From: Candidatus Latescibacterota bacterium
Lineage (GTDB): Bacteria; Latescibacterota; UBA2968; GCA-2709665
Assembly: GCA_965219995.1 (NCBI GenBank)
Contig: CBDCOX010000002.1
Span: 4,544,001 to 4,608,000, forward strand
Direction: 5' to 3'
Length of the DNA stretch: 64,000 nucleotides
The notes below the pieces were generated by a model. The model worked only from the letters and a program-made list of their open reading frames with translations, was not told the origin of the DNA and ran no database searches. The position numbers and the translations under genes are program-made. Below, piece after piece: positions 1 through 9,292 of the stretch; the first letter of the stretch is position 1; each line of letters opens with the position of its first letter.

Positions 1-1
1 G

Positions 2-1192
2 AGCGTCCATGCGCGTTCGGCCGACATAGTCATAGGCCGGATCGTCAGAGTGCCGGTCGACCAGTACGCGGTGCGTGCGACCCACGCATTCGGCGGTGAT
101 TTGCGAGGAGATGACGGCCTGGAGGCTGAGGATGCGGTCCAGTCGTTCCCGTTTTTCGTCTTCCGGCACGTCGTCCTCGAGCCGCCCGGCCCGGGTGCCT
201 TCCTCGTGCGAGTAGAGGAAGCCGACCAGCCGGTTGAAACGGATTTCCTCGACGAATTCCAGGAGTTCCCGGACGTGTTCCTCTCTCTCGCCGGGAAAAC
301 CGGCGATGACGGAGGAACGGAGGGTCAGGTCGGGCACCCGGTCTCGCAGTTTTCGAATCAACGCGCGGGTGTTCTTCACGGTCGCGCCGCGATTCATCGC
401 CTTGAGCATGGCATCGGAGGCGTGCTGGATGGGCATGTCCACGTACGCGCACAGCTTTTCCTCTTGCGCCAGGATGTCGATCAGGTCGTCGCGCCAGCCG
501 GTGGGGTACGTGTAGAGCAGGCGGATCCATTCGAGGCCGTCGACGCGGACGAGTTCGCGCAGGAGGTCCATCAGGCGCGGGCTGCCATAGAGGTCCGCGC
601 CGTATCGCATGGTATCCTGGGCGATCAGCGCGATTTCCTTCACGCCGCCTGCGGCCATACGCCAGGCTTCGGCCACCAGAACCTCGATGGATTCGCTGCG
701 GTTCACGCCACGTATGCCGGGGATGGCGCAGAAGGCGCAGGTCCGGTCGCAGCCGTCCGAGATGCGCATGTAAGCCCAGTGACGGGGCGTGAGAAGATGC
801 CTGGCGCCCTCATCGCGGTAGACCCTGGGACGCGAGATGCCCAACAGCCGGTCGCAATGGGAGACGATCTCGCGTTCTCCGGCCAGACCGACGACCATGT
901 CGGCCTCGGGGATTTCCGCTTCGAGTTCGTGCCGGTAGCGTTCAGCCAGACACCCCGTGAGTATCAGACCCTTGCAATTGCCGGTTTCCTTGTAGTCGGC
1001 GGCCTCGAGGGCCGTAGCGATGGATTCGTCTTTGGCCGGCTCGATGAAGCCGCACGTGTTCACAACGATGATGTCCGCCTCATCGGGTTCGTCGGCCACC
1101 ACGTAGTCGTTGGATTCCAGCAGCCGGTGCATTCGTTCCGAGTCGACGGTATTCTTCGGGCATCCAAGCGTAATGAGGTTTACAGACGGCAT
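2..1192 (-). CDS. rimO: Ribosomal protein S12 methylthiotransferase RimO (3' end runs off the window)
   Basis: Manual minus-strand translation from ATG at 1192: MPSVNLITLGCPKNTVDSE...NTCGFIEPAKDES...GCLAERY...ISDGCDRTCAFCAIPGIRG (radical SAM CxxxCxxC). Absent from the ORF track because it has no stop in the window. Confidence 0.93.
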   Translation of the reverse strand, partial: MPSVNLITLGCPKNTVDSERMHRLLESNDYVVADEPDEADIIVVNTCGFIEPAKDESIATALEAADYKETGNCKGLILTGCLAERYRHELEAEIPEADMVVGLAGEREIVSHCDRLLGISRPRVYRDEGARHLLTPRHWAYMRISDGCDRTCAFCAIPGIRGVNRSESIEVLVAEAWRMAAGGVKEIALIAQDTMRYGADLYGSPRLMDLLRELVRVDGLEWIRLLYTYPTGWRDDLIDILAQEEKLCAYVDMPIQHASDAMLKAMNRGATVKNTRALIRKLRDRVPDLTLRSSVIAGFPGEREEHVRELLEFVEEIRFNRLVGFLYSHEEGTRAGRLEDDVPEDEKRERLDRILSLQAVISSQITAECVGRTHRVLVDRHSDDPAYDYVGRTRMDA

Positions 1193-1328
1193 TTGGACGA
1201 CTCCGGCACAGAGGGTGACAAACGGATTCCATCGCTTCCGTCCGAGTTGGCCACGAAGCTTACGGAAAAAATCGTCGATGCGTCGAATTTTGTCAAGCGG
1301 AAGATGGGTTCATAACCGCGAAACACGT

Positions 1329-2555
1329 ATGAGAATTCAGATCCTCCGATGGGTCGTTGCTCCCTGGTTTTTCCTGTTTGCGGAAGGAAAGCCCCTCCAC
1401 GCTCACGGGACGGAAATCGGCTTCGAGCTGACACGAATCGACAGCGGAAAGGCGTCGGTCAGTCCTTTCTGGGGTTACAACGCGCCCAAGCTGGTCTTCG
1501 ACGGCGACCACTATTATACCGTCGGCCGCTGGGGACCGAGCCAGGACGCCGCCAGAGGCGTTGTCTACCGCAGCAGTGCAGACGGATGGGAGGTCTTCTT
1601 CGAATGGGAGGGTCTCCACCATCAACCGGGTATGGTCCTGCTGGACGCCCGGCGGCGCCTCGTCCTCGTCCACGCGCGCCGCGACGACGGCCCCCGGATT
1701 CTGCATCAGCGCCGGCGCGGCGATCCGCGCGGATTCGGGGAGGTCGCTCTGCCGGGCGGGCTGGACCGCGCCGGATATATCGGGGCTGCGATGGACGGGG
1801 ACAGGCTTGTCCTCGGATACATTGGCAGTCCTGGTTCGTATTCCTTCCGGATCGCGTGGGTCGACCTGGATACCGGTCTGTGGTCCGGTCCGTTCGTCCT
1901 GGCTGAAGAGCAGCGGTCGACGGAGCCATGGACGACGTGGTTGTACCCGCTGATCGTACCGGATGGCGACGGTTTCCATCTCGTGGTGAGCAACAATGCC
2001 TACCGCAGTTCATACTACAACCGGATCAACTATCTCTATATACCGTATGGAGATCCCGCGTCCGCCGTTGCGGAAGTCGTCGCCGAGGTTAATCCCTGGA
2101 AGCAGAACATGGCCTTTGCGCAGGCGATGCGGCGGACGGACGACGGCGCGTTGTTCGTCACCGCGACGCGCCGCCACCATGGGGACAGGAACCGGCTGCT
2201 TGTCTACCGGCGGGACCCCGGCGCCCGCCGGTGGGACGCGGTAACGGAAGGGGGGGCGGGAATCGCCGCGGTCTTCGAAGACCCCCGGGAGTCGGACCGG
2301 CTGTGGATGACGAGTACGTCGGGGCCGGCGATACGTCTTTACCGCGGCGAAGATCGTGGGCGGAAGTGGTCCACGGTCGCACTGCGCAGTTTCGAGAAAT
2401 TCGGACTGTGGAGACCCTTCTTCCTGTACGGCATCACACCGGCCAGCGGGAGCCTGATACCCGGCCAACCGTGCGCGGTATTCAGCAGCGGGACCCTTCC
2501 CGACACCGAACTGTGGTTCGTTCGTTTCGAAACCCGGCGTCTGCGTCCGAGGTGA
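1329..2555 (+). CDS. Secreted hypothetical protein, probable BNR/sialidase-like beta-propeller
   Basis: ORF 1110..2555 with likely start at ATG 1329 (MRIQILRWVVAPWFFLFA, signal-like). Trp/Gly-rich strands and Asp-box-like segments (YRSSADGW, EDRGRKW). Confidence 0.55.
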   Translation: MRIQILRWVVAPWFFLFAEGKPLHAHGTEIGFELTRIDSGKASVSPFWGYNAPKLVFDGDHYYTVGRWGPSQDAARGVVYRSSADGWEVFFEWEGLHHQPGMVLLDARRRLVLVHARRDDGPRILHQRRRGDPRGFGEVALPGGLDRAGYIGAAMDGDRLVLGYIGSPGSYSFRIAWVDLDTGLWSGPFVLAEEQRSTEPWTTWLYPLIVPDGDGFHLVVSNNAYRSSYYNRINYLYIPYGDPASAVAEVVAEVNPWKQNMAFAQAMRRTDDGALFVTATRRHHGDRNRLLVYRRDPGARRWDAVTEGGAGIAAVFEDPRESDRLWMTSTSGPAIRLYRGEDRGRKWSTVALRSFEKFGLWRPFFLYGITPASGSLIPGQPCAVFSSGTLPDTELWFVRFETRRLRPR

Positions 2556-2659
2556 CCGGCCGCCCGGATGTGCGTACCGACGAGCCGGCTCGATTTACGA
2601 TGGGGTGAAAGGAGGGACTCCGTGCCCGTGGAGGAGAGGGTCCGATTTCGGGTTCTTTC

Positions 2660-2687
2660 TTGACAAGTGACGCCTTATGGATATATT
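2660..2687 (+). promoter_or_regulatory. Sigma70-type promoter upstream of rpmB
   Basis: TTGACA (2660-2665), 16 nt spacer, TATATT (2682-2687). Confidence 0.6.
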
Positions 2688-2823
2688 TAACCGGAAAAAT
2701 GCGGTGCGTCGCCGAACGGTCGCGCACAATCGGGAAGCGTTTCCGCCCGCCAAAGCGGGGCAGTCTATTCATTCAAAAGATAATTCGACCGGTTCAATTT
2801 TGGATCTCACGGAGGCATCGATT

Positions 2824-3015
2824 ATGGCAGCCAGATGTGACATTTGCGGGAAGGGGCCGATGGTCGGCAATCACGTCAGCCACGCCAACAACAGAAAGAA
2901 GCGGCGATTCAATCCGAACCTGAGACGGGTGCGCGCGCAGGTGGACGGGACCACAAGAAGAATCAAGGTCTGTACGAAGTGCATAAAGCTCGGCCGCGTG
3001 AACAAAGCCGCATAG
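2824..3015 (+). CDS. rpmB: 50S ribosomal protein L28
   Basis: [33 protein letters not shown]...KVCTKCIK; GGAGG RBS upstream of ATG 2824. Confidence 0.97.
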   Translation: MAARCDICGKGPMVGNHVSHANNRKKRRFNPNLRRVRAQVDGTTRRIKVCTKCIKLGRVNKAA

Positions 3016-3095
3016 GGTCCGGACGCGGCCATCAGATGTCCCCTGTCGGATCCCCGTAGGAGGTTCGGGTCAGACCGTCAGAGGATTCCAGACCG

Positions 3096-3131
3096 AAAAA
3101 ACTCACCTTTTGTTTCCAGGTGGGTTTTTTT
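3096..3131 (+). terminator. Intrinsic terminator after rpmB (possibly bidirectional)
   Basis: AAAAAACTCACCT ... AGGTGGGTTTTTTT stem-loop flanked by A and T tracts. Confidence 0.7.
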
Positions 3132-3236
3132 ATGTTATCGAACCGACACGGGATGGGGCAAGGGAGACGACGCAGGATGACCCTGAAGGCTGAGATTGAA
3201 ATCATACCCGACGTCAATGACGGGAACGCGGTCTGA

Positions 3237-5375
3237 ATGGACTACTCTCGGGGTAAACGCTTCCTGAATACGCTGCAGGACTGGGAGCGGGACGGGACGG
3301 CGGCGGGCACGCCGGACCATTACCTGCCGCGGATGCGGGCCCTCTTGCGGCGGATGGGGAATCCACAGAAGGACTTCGCGTCGGTCATTGTCGGCGGGAC
3401 GAACGGGAAGGGAACGGTGGCCGGCGTCCTGGCCTCCCTGCTGCATGCATGCGGACGCCATACCGGTATCTACACGTCGCCGCACCTGCACACCATCCGC
3501 GAACGCATCCGGATCGACGGCAGGATTCTGGAAAAGGATGACTGGGCGAAGGGGATCGCGGACCTCTACGACCGGACGCGCGGATTCGAAGCGGAGGGGT
3601 ACGGTTCATTCACCAGGTTCGAGGCGTTGACGGCGCTGGCGGCGTCCATGTTCGCACGGGCCCGAGTCGAATTCGGTGTGTTCGAGGTGGGGCTGGGCGG
3701 CCGATATGACGCAACCAATGCGTGGGATGCCGGTGTGGCGGTGCTCACGTCGATCGATCTGGACCACACCGAAGTGCTGGGCAATACGGTGGAGGAGATC
3801 GCGCTCGACAAGCTCGAAATCTCCCGTCCCGGGAGGCCGCTCTTCACCTCCGCCGCGCAGAAGCCCGAAGTGCTCTCGCTGTTGCGGCGGGAGTGTCGTA
3901 AACGGGGCGTGGATCTTCGGGTCGTGTGCGACGGGACGGGCGGAGGCTGGGCGGACATATCGGAGACATTGGCAATTGCGAAGATGCCCGATCGGGGATC
4001 CGTATTCCGGAACAACGCCCGGCTGGCGCTTGCCGTCGGGCGCTATTTGTTGGGAGATGAACTTACGAAACCCCGTATCAGGGAAGCCCTGAGCGGACTC
4101 GAGTTACCGGGGAGATTCGAGGTGGCGCAACAGTCGCCCCGGGTCGTTCTGGACGGCGCTCACAACCCGGCGGGGGCCGCGGCCCTTGCCCACGACCTCG
4201 GCAGAATGTCGAAGCGGTGGACGTTTGTGGTTGGCGTGAACGCGGGCCACGACGCCGGAGGGATACTCGAGGCGATTCGGCCGCTGGCGAAAACGGTGAT
4301 TCTGACACGGTCCGATCACCCGAAGTCGCTGCCCGTCGACGTGTTGCGGCGAAGCCTGCCCGCGGGCGTTTCCGCGTGCTGCGCGCCGGACGTGGTTGAG
4401 GCACTCGGGCGCGCGGGGTTGCGGGAAGGGGATCCCGTCTGTATCATGGGATCGTTGCACCTGGTCGGAAAGGCGCGGGAATCGCTCGGGCTTCCGTGCG
4501 AGCGGGACGGATTCGGGGAAGATCTTCACCGGGAGAGTCTGACGTGCCTCGCGAACGCCTGCGGCAACCTGGGCCTCCGGCTGGAACCGGCTTCCGAAGA
4601 CGGAAATCTGGTCTGCATCCGGCCGCCGGACGGCGGGCCCGTCTATTTTCTGCGCAACAGGCACCCGTTCAACGACTACGTGGCGGCCCGTCTGGCGGAA
4701 GACAAGGCATATCAATACGAACTGTTCACGCGGGCCGGCCTTCCGGTTCCCGATACGATCGTGGCATTCAATCCGTTCGCGGACGAACGGTTTTCGCGTT
4801 ACCGGACCCATGCGTCCGTCGATGCCGTCGTCGAGGACGTTGAACGCCGGCTTTCCTATCCGGTGGTCGTCAAACGAAACCTCGGGTCGCTGGCGCAGGG
4901 GGTATTCCTGGAGCGAGACCGGCGCGCACTGAAGAATCGCCTGCAGACGTTGTTCGAAAACAGCGGATTTCTGGATAATCTGGTCCTGGTCCAGGCCTAT
5001 ACCGCCGGTCCCGAGTATCGGATCCTCGCCGCCAGGGATGAAGTGCTGCTGGCTTACGAGAAAGCCGGCGGTTCTTCGGACGGCGACCTGAACCCGCTTC
5101 ACGGGGCAACGGGGTCTGCGAAGCGTGTGGAGGCGCCGGAACTGGTCGAAGGGCTGTCGGAACTGGCGACGGCCGTATCGGGAGTGATCGGTCTGGGGTT
5201 CTACGCGATCGACGTCATTCAGTCGGCGGCGGGATTCCAGGTGATCGAAATCAACCCGAACCCGATGTGCTATTTTTATAACCTGCACAACGGCCGGACG
5301 GATTTCGTGGACATCTACGAAAGGCTCCTCGGCAGGCATCTTCAGGGATTGAACCCGCCGGCCGCGCAGGAATAG
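3237..5375 (+). CDS. folC: Folylpolyglutamate synthase/dihydrofolate synthase fused to a C-terminal ATP-grasp (RimK-like) domain
   Basis: FolC motifs GTNGKGT, YTSPHL, EVGLGGRYDATN, DHTEVLG, PGRFE, LDGAHNP in the first ~420 aa. ATP-grasp motifs DKAYQY..AGLPVPDT, YPVVVK..GSLAQGV, VQAY..GPEYRI, AIDVI, IEINPNP follow. Confidence 0.85.
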   Translation: MDYSRGKRFLNTLQDWERDGTAAGTPDHYLPRMRALLRRMGNPQKDFASVIVGGTNGKGTVAGVLASLLHACGRHTGIYTSPHLHTIRERIRIDGRILEKDDWAKGIADLYDRTRGFEAEGYGSFTRFEALTALAASMFARARVEFGVFEVGLGGRYDATNAWDAGVAVLTSIDLDHTEVLGNTVEEIALDKLEISRPGRPLFTSAAQKPEVLSLLRRECRKRGVDLRVVCDGTGGGWADISETLAIAKMPDRGSVFRNNARLALAVGRYLLGDELTKPRIREALSGLELPGRFEVAQQSPRVVLDGAHNPAGAAALAHDLGRMSKRWTFVVGVNAGHDAGGILEAIRPLAKTVILTRSDHPKSLPVDVLRRSLPAGVSACCAPDVVEALGRAGLREGDPVCIMGSLHLVGKARESLGLPCERDGFGEDLHRESLTCLANACGNLGLRLEPASEDGNLVCIRPPDGGPVYFLRNRHPFNDYVAARLAEDKAYQYELFTRAGLPVPDTIVAFNPFADERFSRYRTHASVDAVVEDVERRLSYPVVVKRNLGSLAQGVFLERDRRALKNRLQTLFENSGFLDNLVLVQAYTAGPEYRILAARDEVLLAYEKAGGSSDGDLNPLHGATGSAKRVEAPELVEGLSELATAVSGVIGLGFYAIDVIQSAAGFQVIEINPNPMCYFYNLHNGRTDFVDIYERLLGRHLQGLNPPAAQE

Positions 5376-5429
5376 GAATCAGCGGGATTCAGGATCAGGT
5401 GCGGAACGAATACCCGGAAAGGAAACGCC

Positions 5430-6167
5430 ATGCCGCTGACTGGCGCCCAGCTCGAACAGTACCGCGCCGATGGCTTTGCCGTGGGCGGCCGGATTCTCAG
5501 TGACGACGAACTCGCAAGGCTGCGGACAGTACTGGAATCCATCATCGAGAATCTGCCCCGTGATCGAAGGCCCGAGAACATGCCGTCGCTCCACTACGAA
5601 AACGGGTACCTTCGCGATCTGTTCCTGGACGATCGTCTCATCGACGTGGCTGCGCAGATCGTGGGTCCGGACGTCGCGCTGTTCACGTCCTACGTGATCA
5701 GCAAACGCCCGGACGACGGCCTGGCGGTAGACTGGCATCAGGATGCCGCGTTTTTTCCCATCGAGCCGATGGATACGTTCACGCTCTGGCTGGCGGTGGA
5801 CGACTCCGACGTTGAGAACGGCTGCATGCGGGTGCTTCCCGGCACCCACAGGCAGCAGGCCGTTCTGCTGCACAAAGTGGATCTCGACTCCGGCACCACA
5901 CTCCCGATGTCACTGGAAAATCTCGACCATTCAGGGGCCGCGGACGTGGAGCTGCGGGCCGGTGAGTATTCCGTTCACGATCCCTGGATCCTGCATGGGT
6001 CCAATCCCAACACGTCGTCCAGGCGGCGCTGCGGGATCACCTTGAAATACATCTCCACGCGCGCCGAAATCGACCGCACGTTCCGTTCTCCCTCCGGCTT
6101 CGACTGGGACGGGCTCCGTCTCTACCTGGCGCGGGGGAATCCGGGCCGCCACAGCTACGCCAACTGA
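5430..6167 (+). CDS. Phytanoyl-CoA dioxygenase (PhyH) family Fe(II)/2OG dioxygenase
   Basis: WHQD, WLAVDD..VENGCMRVLPGTH and LHGS.PN.S..RR motifs. Confidence 0.92.
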   Translation: MPLTGAQLEQYRADGFAVGGRILSDDELARLRTVLESIIENLPRDRRPENMPSLHYENGYLRDLFLDDRLIDVAAQIVGPDVALFTSYVISKRPDDGLAVDWHQDAAFFPIEPMDTFTLWLAVDDSDVENGCMRVLPGTHRQQAVLLHKVDLDSGTTLPMSLENLDHSGAADVELRAGEYSVHDPWILHGSNPNTSSRRRCGITLKYISTRAEIDRTFRSPSGFDWDGLRLYLARGNPGRHSYAN

Positions 6168-6210
6168 TCTCCAGTGTCCGTGCGGAAACCCGGATCGAAT
6201 TGAACCGGAT

Positions 6211-7869
6211 ATGACGAAGAGCGTTCATCGCTTCATCCTTCTGGCCGATCTCCATCTTTCGGACCACCCGGATACGGCGGCCCACCATGCGCTGCAGTGG
6301 GCCGTCGACCGGGTGAATCTGGAGAGGCCGGATTTTCTGGCCGTGGCCGGGGACGTCACGACCTTTGCAACGGCCGTTTCGGCCAGACGTTGCGTGGAGG
6401 CGCTGGACCGGGTGGAGGTTCCGGTACTCTTCACCCCGGGAAACGCGGACCGGCGGGGTTGGCACGCGATGTCCGTGTTCGAAACCCTGGCGGCGCCCGG
6501 ACGGCGGGCGGCCGTGTTCGGCGACCTGCTGGTTCTTCTGCCCGACACGTCGACCGGAACCCTTCCGGACGACGAACGCTCGTGGCTGAACAGGAACCTC
6601 CGTTCCAACCATGCGGCCCGGCGGCTGGTCGTTACCCACTATCCGCTGGACAGGATGGACGCGGAGGGTCGGCGGTGGCTCTCAGGCTGGCTCACGGAAA
6701 ATGGCGTCGAACTTCTGGTCGCCGGGCACAGTCACGTTCACCGGACCCGCCGTAGAAACGGCTTCGCGGAGGCCGTCGTCCGCGGACTGGATCCCGATAA
6801 AGCGATTGGAGATCTTCCTGGAATCAGTCGCTTCGAGAGTGCGAAAGAGGGGGAATGGACGGAGGTATTCATCCCCTGGTCGCCGGCGATCCGGTTGCTT
6901 CCCTCGGACCTTCCCGACGGCTTGCTTCCCGTAGGCTGGTCGATACAGGGCGACCCGGTGAACGCCGCGCGAGAGACCCTGGAATTCGGCCTGTCCTGTC
7001 TGGAAATCCGGCCGTCGGCGACTGATTTTTCACAACGCGCACTCTCGGGCGCGCTCCGCGCGCTTCGCGACCAGGGTCCCCTGCATCTCTCCTACCATCT
7101 GCCCGACCTGAAGTGGAACCCGGGGACCGGACGCATCGACGGAGGCGAAACGGTACGGACGCACGTGGAACGCGCGATGCACGCGGGCGTGGACAACCTG
7201 ACGGTCCACGTGCCCAGGGCGAGCGCACGCGCGATGGAGCGCGTGCGGGAGGGCCGGCCCGTGCCGACAGCGTGTTTCCTGTCTTTTGCCGAGACTTTCG
7301 CAACCCTCTTCACGGAGCCGGCGCGCTCGGGGGTGGGGATCGCAATCGAGAACATCCACAATCCGGGCAATACGCCGGCAGACTCGCCGGAGCGGGAATT
7401 CGCCACGCGGATCGACGAATATCTGCGATGGATCGACGCCGCGGCGCGTGCAGTGACCGATGTGCCTGGAGCGAAGGTCGGCGCACTGCTGGACGTAGGA
7501 CACGCGAGGAACAACGGGGGCGATCTGGATAATCTGCAGCCCCTGGGCGACTGGTATGCCTGCCTGGGGCGGCGAATTCTGGGATATCACATTCACCAGG
7601 TGGATACGGATCCGGTAAAGGGCGGGCTTACGAACCATCACGAGATTTCCGATCTGTTCGGCAGCAGGATCTCCTTCGCAGGTTTTCTCTGGGCGTGGTC
7701 CACACACCAGATCACACGGGGTCCCCTCTTCGTGGAGGTCCGCGATGACGAAGGCCGGCGCAATACCGTGCGGCGGATCAAACGGCTCTTCGAAGGCGCA
7801 CACAGGATTCGCGAAGCGGCGGACCTGCCCCGGCGGGAACTGGAATCGAGTGATCCGCGTACCCTGTAG
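6211..7869 (+). CDS. Calcineurin-like metallophosphoesterase fused to a xylose-isomerase-like/AP-endonuclease-2 TIM barrel
   Basis: N-terminal DLH, GD, GNAD, TH, GHSH motifs; C-terminal IENIH, LDVGH, HIHQ, VE motifs. Confidence 0.75.
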   Translation: MTKSVHRFILLADLHLSDHPDTAAHHALQWAVDRVNLERPDFLAVAGDVTTFATAVSARRCVEALDRVEVPVLFTPGNADRRGWHAMSVFETLAAPGRRAAVFGDLLVLLPDTSTGTLPDDERSWLNRNLRSNHAARRLVVTHYPLDRMDAEGRRWLSGWLTENGVELLVAGHSHVHRTRRRNGFAEAVVRGLDPDKAIGDLPGISRFESAKEGEWTEVFIPWSPAIRLLPSDLPDGLLPVGWSIQGDPVNAARETLEFGLSCLEIRPSATDFSQRALSGALRALRDQGPLHLSYHLPDLKWNPGTGRIDGGETVRTHVERAMHAGVDNLTVHVPRASARAMERVREGRPVPTACFLSFAETFATLFTEPARSGVGIAIENIHNPGNTPADSPEREFATRIDEYLRWIDAAARAVTDVPGAKVGALLDVGHARNNGGDLDNLQPLGDWYACLGRRILGYHIHQVDTDPVKGGLTNHHEISDLFGSRISFAGFLWAWSTHQITRGPLFVEVRDDEGRRNTVRRIKRLFEGAHRIREAADLPRRELESSDPRTL

Positions 7870-7884
7870 ACGTGGGAGAAAGCG

Positions 7885-8958
7885 ATGATTCCGGAATTTG
7901 AGATCGGGGGCACGCCGTTTCGACGCGGGGAACAGATCGGACGCCGGTTCAGGGCGGAGATTCGGGAAACACTCGCCCGGCTGTCGGGGAACCGCGAAGT
8001 GCGAAACCGGCAGGTTGCCCTGGTGGAGGCGATGCGCGGGCAACTCGAGGCGGAATTCCCCGAGATCGTGGAGGAGATTCGCGGCATTGCGCACGGTGCG
8101 GACATTACGGACGGCGACGCGTTCTTCAAGAGCACCTACAACGCCGTCGGACCGGCGCTGGCGGACAACCTCGGGTGCAGCAGCGTGGCATTCGCCGCCA
8201 GCGACGTCGGGCCCATCCTCGGAAAGACCGACGACGGGAGTTTTCGCCCGGATTCTGATCGCCTGGGAGGTTTGACGATTCTGACGATACGCCCGGAAGA
8301 GGGGTACGACGTATTGTGCGTGAACCAGATCGGCACGGTGTGGACTGAATGCGGGGTGAACGGCAAAGGGCTGTGCATGGGTACGAATTCGGGTCATCCC
8401 ACGATGAAGGGACAGGACGGGTCCGGCGTGCCCCAGCACATCGCGCCCCGCCTTGTGTTACAGCGATGCGCGAACGTCGTGGAGGCCGTCGATCTGCTCA
8501 GGCAGATGACGCTGACGGGCAAAGGCATCAATATTGTATTGGCCGACGCGGAGGGCAACGCGGCCGCCACGGAGAACGCCTGCGCGATGAACGGTGTGCG
8601 CGAGCCGGAGCGCGGGGTCGTCTTCTCGACGAATCACTATTTCAGCGAGGAGATGCAGACCGTATCGTGGCAATGGGATCCCGGGTTCATCAGCACACGG
8701 TATTTCCAGAATTCCCTGAACCGGGTCGCACACCTTTACGGCCGTTTCGGAAACGGCGGCAGAACGCTTACGCTTCAGGAAATGCGGGAGGTCCTGATGG
8801 ATGAACACAATCCCGGGGGCCTTTGCCAGCGACCGCAGAATAACGAAAACAACATGACGACGAATTTCGGCGTGATTCTGGTGTGCCGCGAACGAGTGAT
8901 GTGGCTGAACGAGGGACCCCCTTCTCTCGACCGGTTTCGGCGACACGCACTCGATTGA
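7885..8958 (+). CDS. C45 family autoproteolytic acyltransferase/peptidase (Ntn hydrolase)
   Basis: G.QIG, EEIRGIA.GA, GCSS nucleophile, GVNGKGL, NIVLAD, STNHY motifs. Confidence 0.85.
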   Translation: MIPEFEIGGTPFRRGEQIGRRFRAEIRETLARLSGNREVRNRQVALVEAMRGQLEAEFPEIVEEIRGIAHGADITDGDAFFKSTYNAVGPALADNLGCSSVAFAASDVGPILGKTDDGSFRPDSDRLGGLTILTIRPEEGYDVLCVNQIGTVWTECGVNGKGLCMGTNSGHPTMKGQDGSGVPQHIAPRLVLQRCANVVEAVDLLRQMTLTGKGINIVLADAEGNAAATENACAMNGVREPERGVVFSTNHYFSEEMQTVSWQWDPGFISTRYFQNSLNRVAHLYGRFGNGGRTLTLQEMREVLMDEHNPGGLCQRPQNNENNMTTNFGVILVCRERVMWLNEGPPSLDRFRRHALD

Positions 8959-9154
8959 TCGGACGTCCGGATTCCGCCCGGGAACGACCTGTAATTCGAT
9001 GAGGCGGAGCGCAGGTGCGGTCCATTGCCTTCGCTCGCCGACCTGGCCAGGGCGCTTGTTGGCGTATAGACACCCTTTGAAACTAACCTCTTGGGAGACA
9101 ACGGCTTTATCTCTTCCACCAACTCTCATTTTCTATTCGTCCTTTTCAAAAAGC

Positions 9155-9274
9155 CGTAAGACGTAAGACGGGAGAGATTGCCTGCCCCGTGAGGTTTCAG
9201 CTCAGACCAGAGGCATTGAGGAAGAGCGATTCGGGCAAGGATTTTTTCTACCGTCTACCCTCTCCCGTCTCACC
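9155..9274. repeat. ~120 bp dispersed element with inverted heptamer-tandem ends, copy 1
   Basis: CGTAAGA-CGTAAGA-CGGGAGA ... TCTACCG-TCTACCC-TCTCCCG-TCTCACC; its reverse complement aligns by eye with 32519-32646. Confidence 0.8.
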
Positions 9275-9292
9275 GCCTTTAGGGATTTCTGA

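Noticed and set aside
50-1315. 421 aa plus-strand ORF
   Set aside because: Antisense shadow of rimO; no recognisable motifs.
3237-5375. Cyanophycin synthetase call
   Set aside because: Domain order is reversed, the protein is shorter, and FolC-specific motifs (YTSPHL, GLGGRYDATN) are present.
8960-9150. Possible small gene or ncRNA in the gap before the heptamer element
   Set aside because: Only shadow ORFs overlap it and no recognisable RNA motif was seen.
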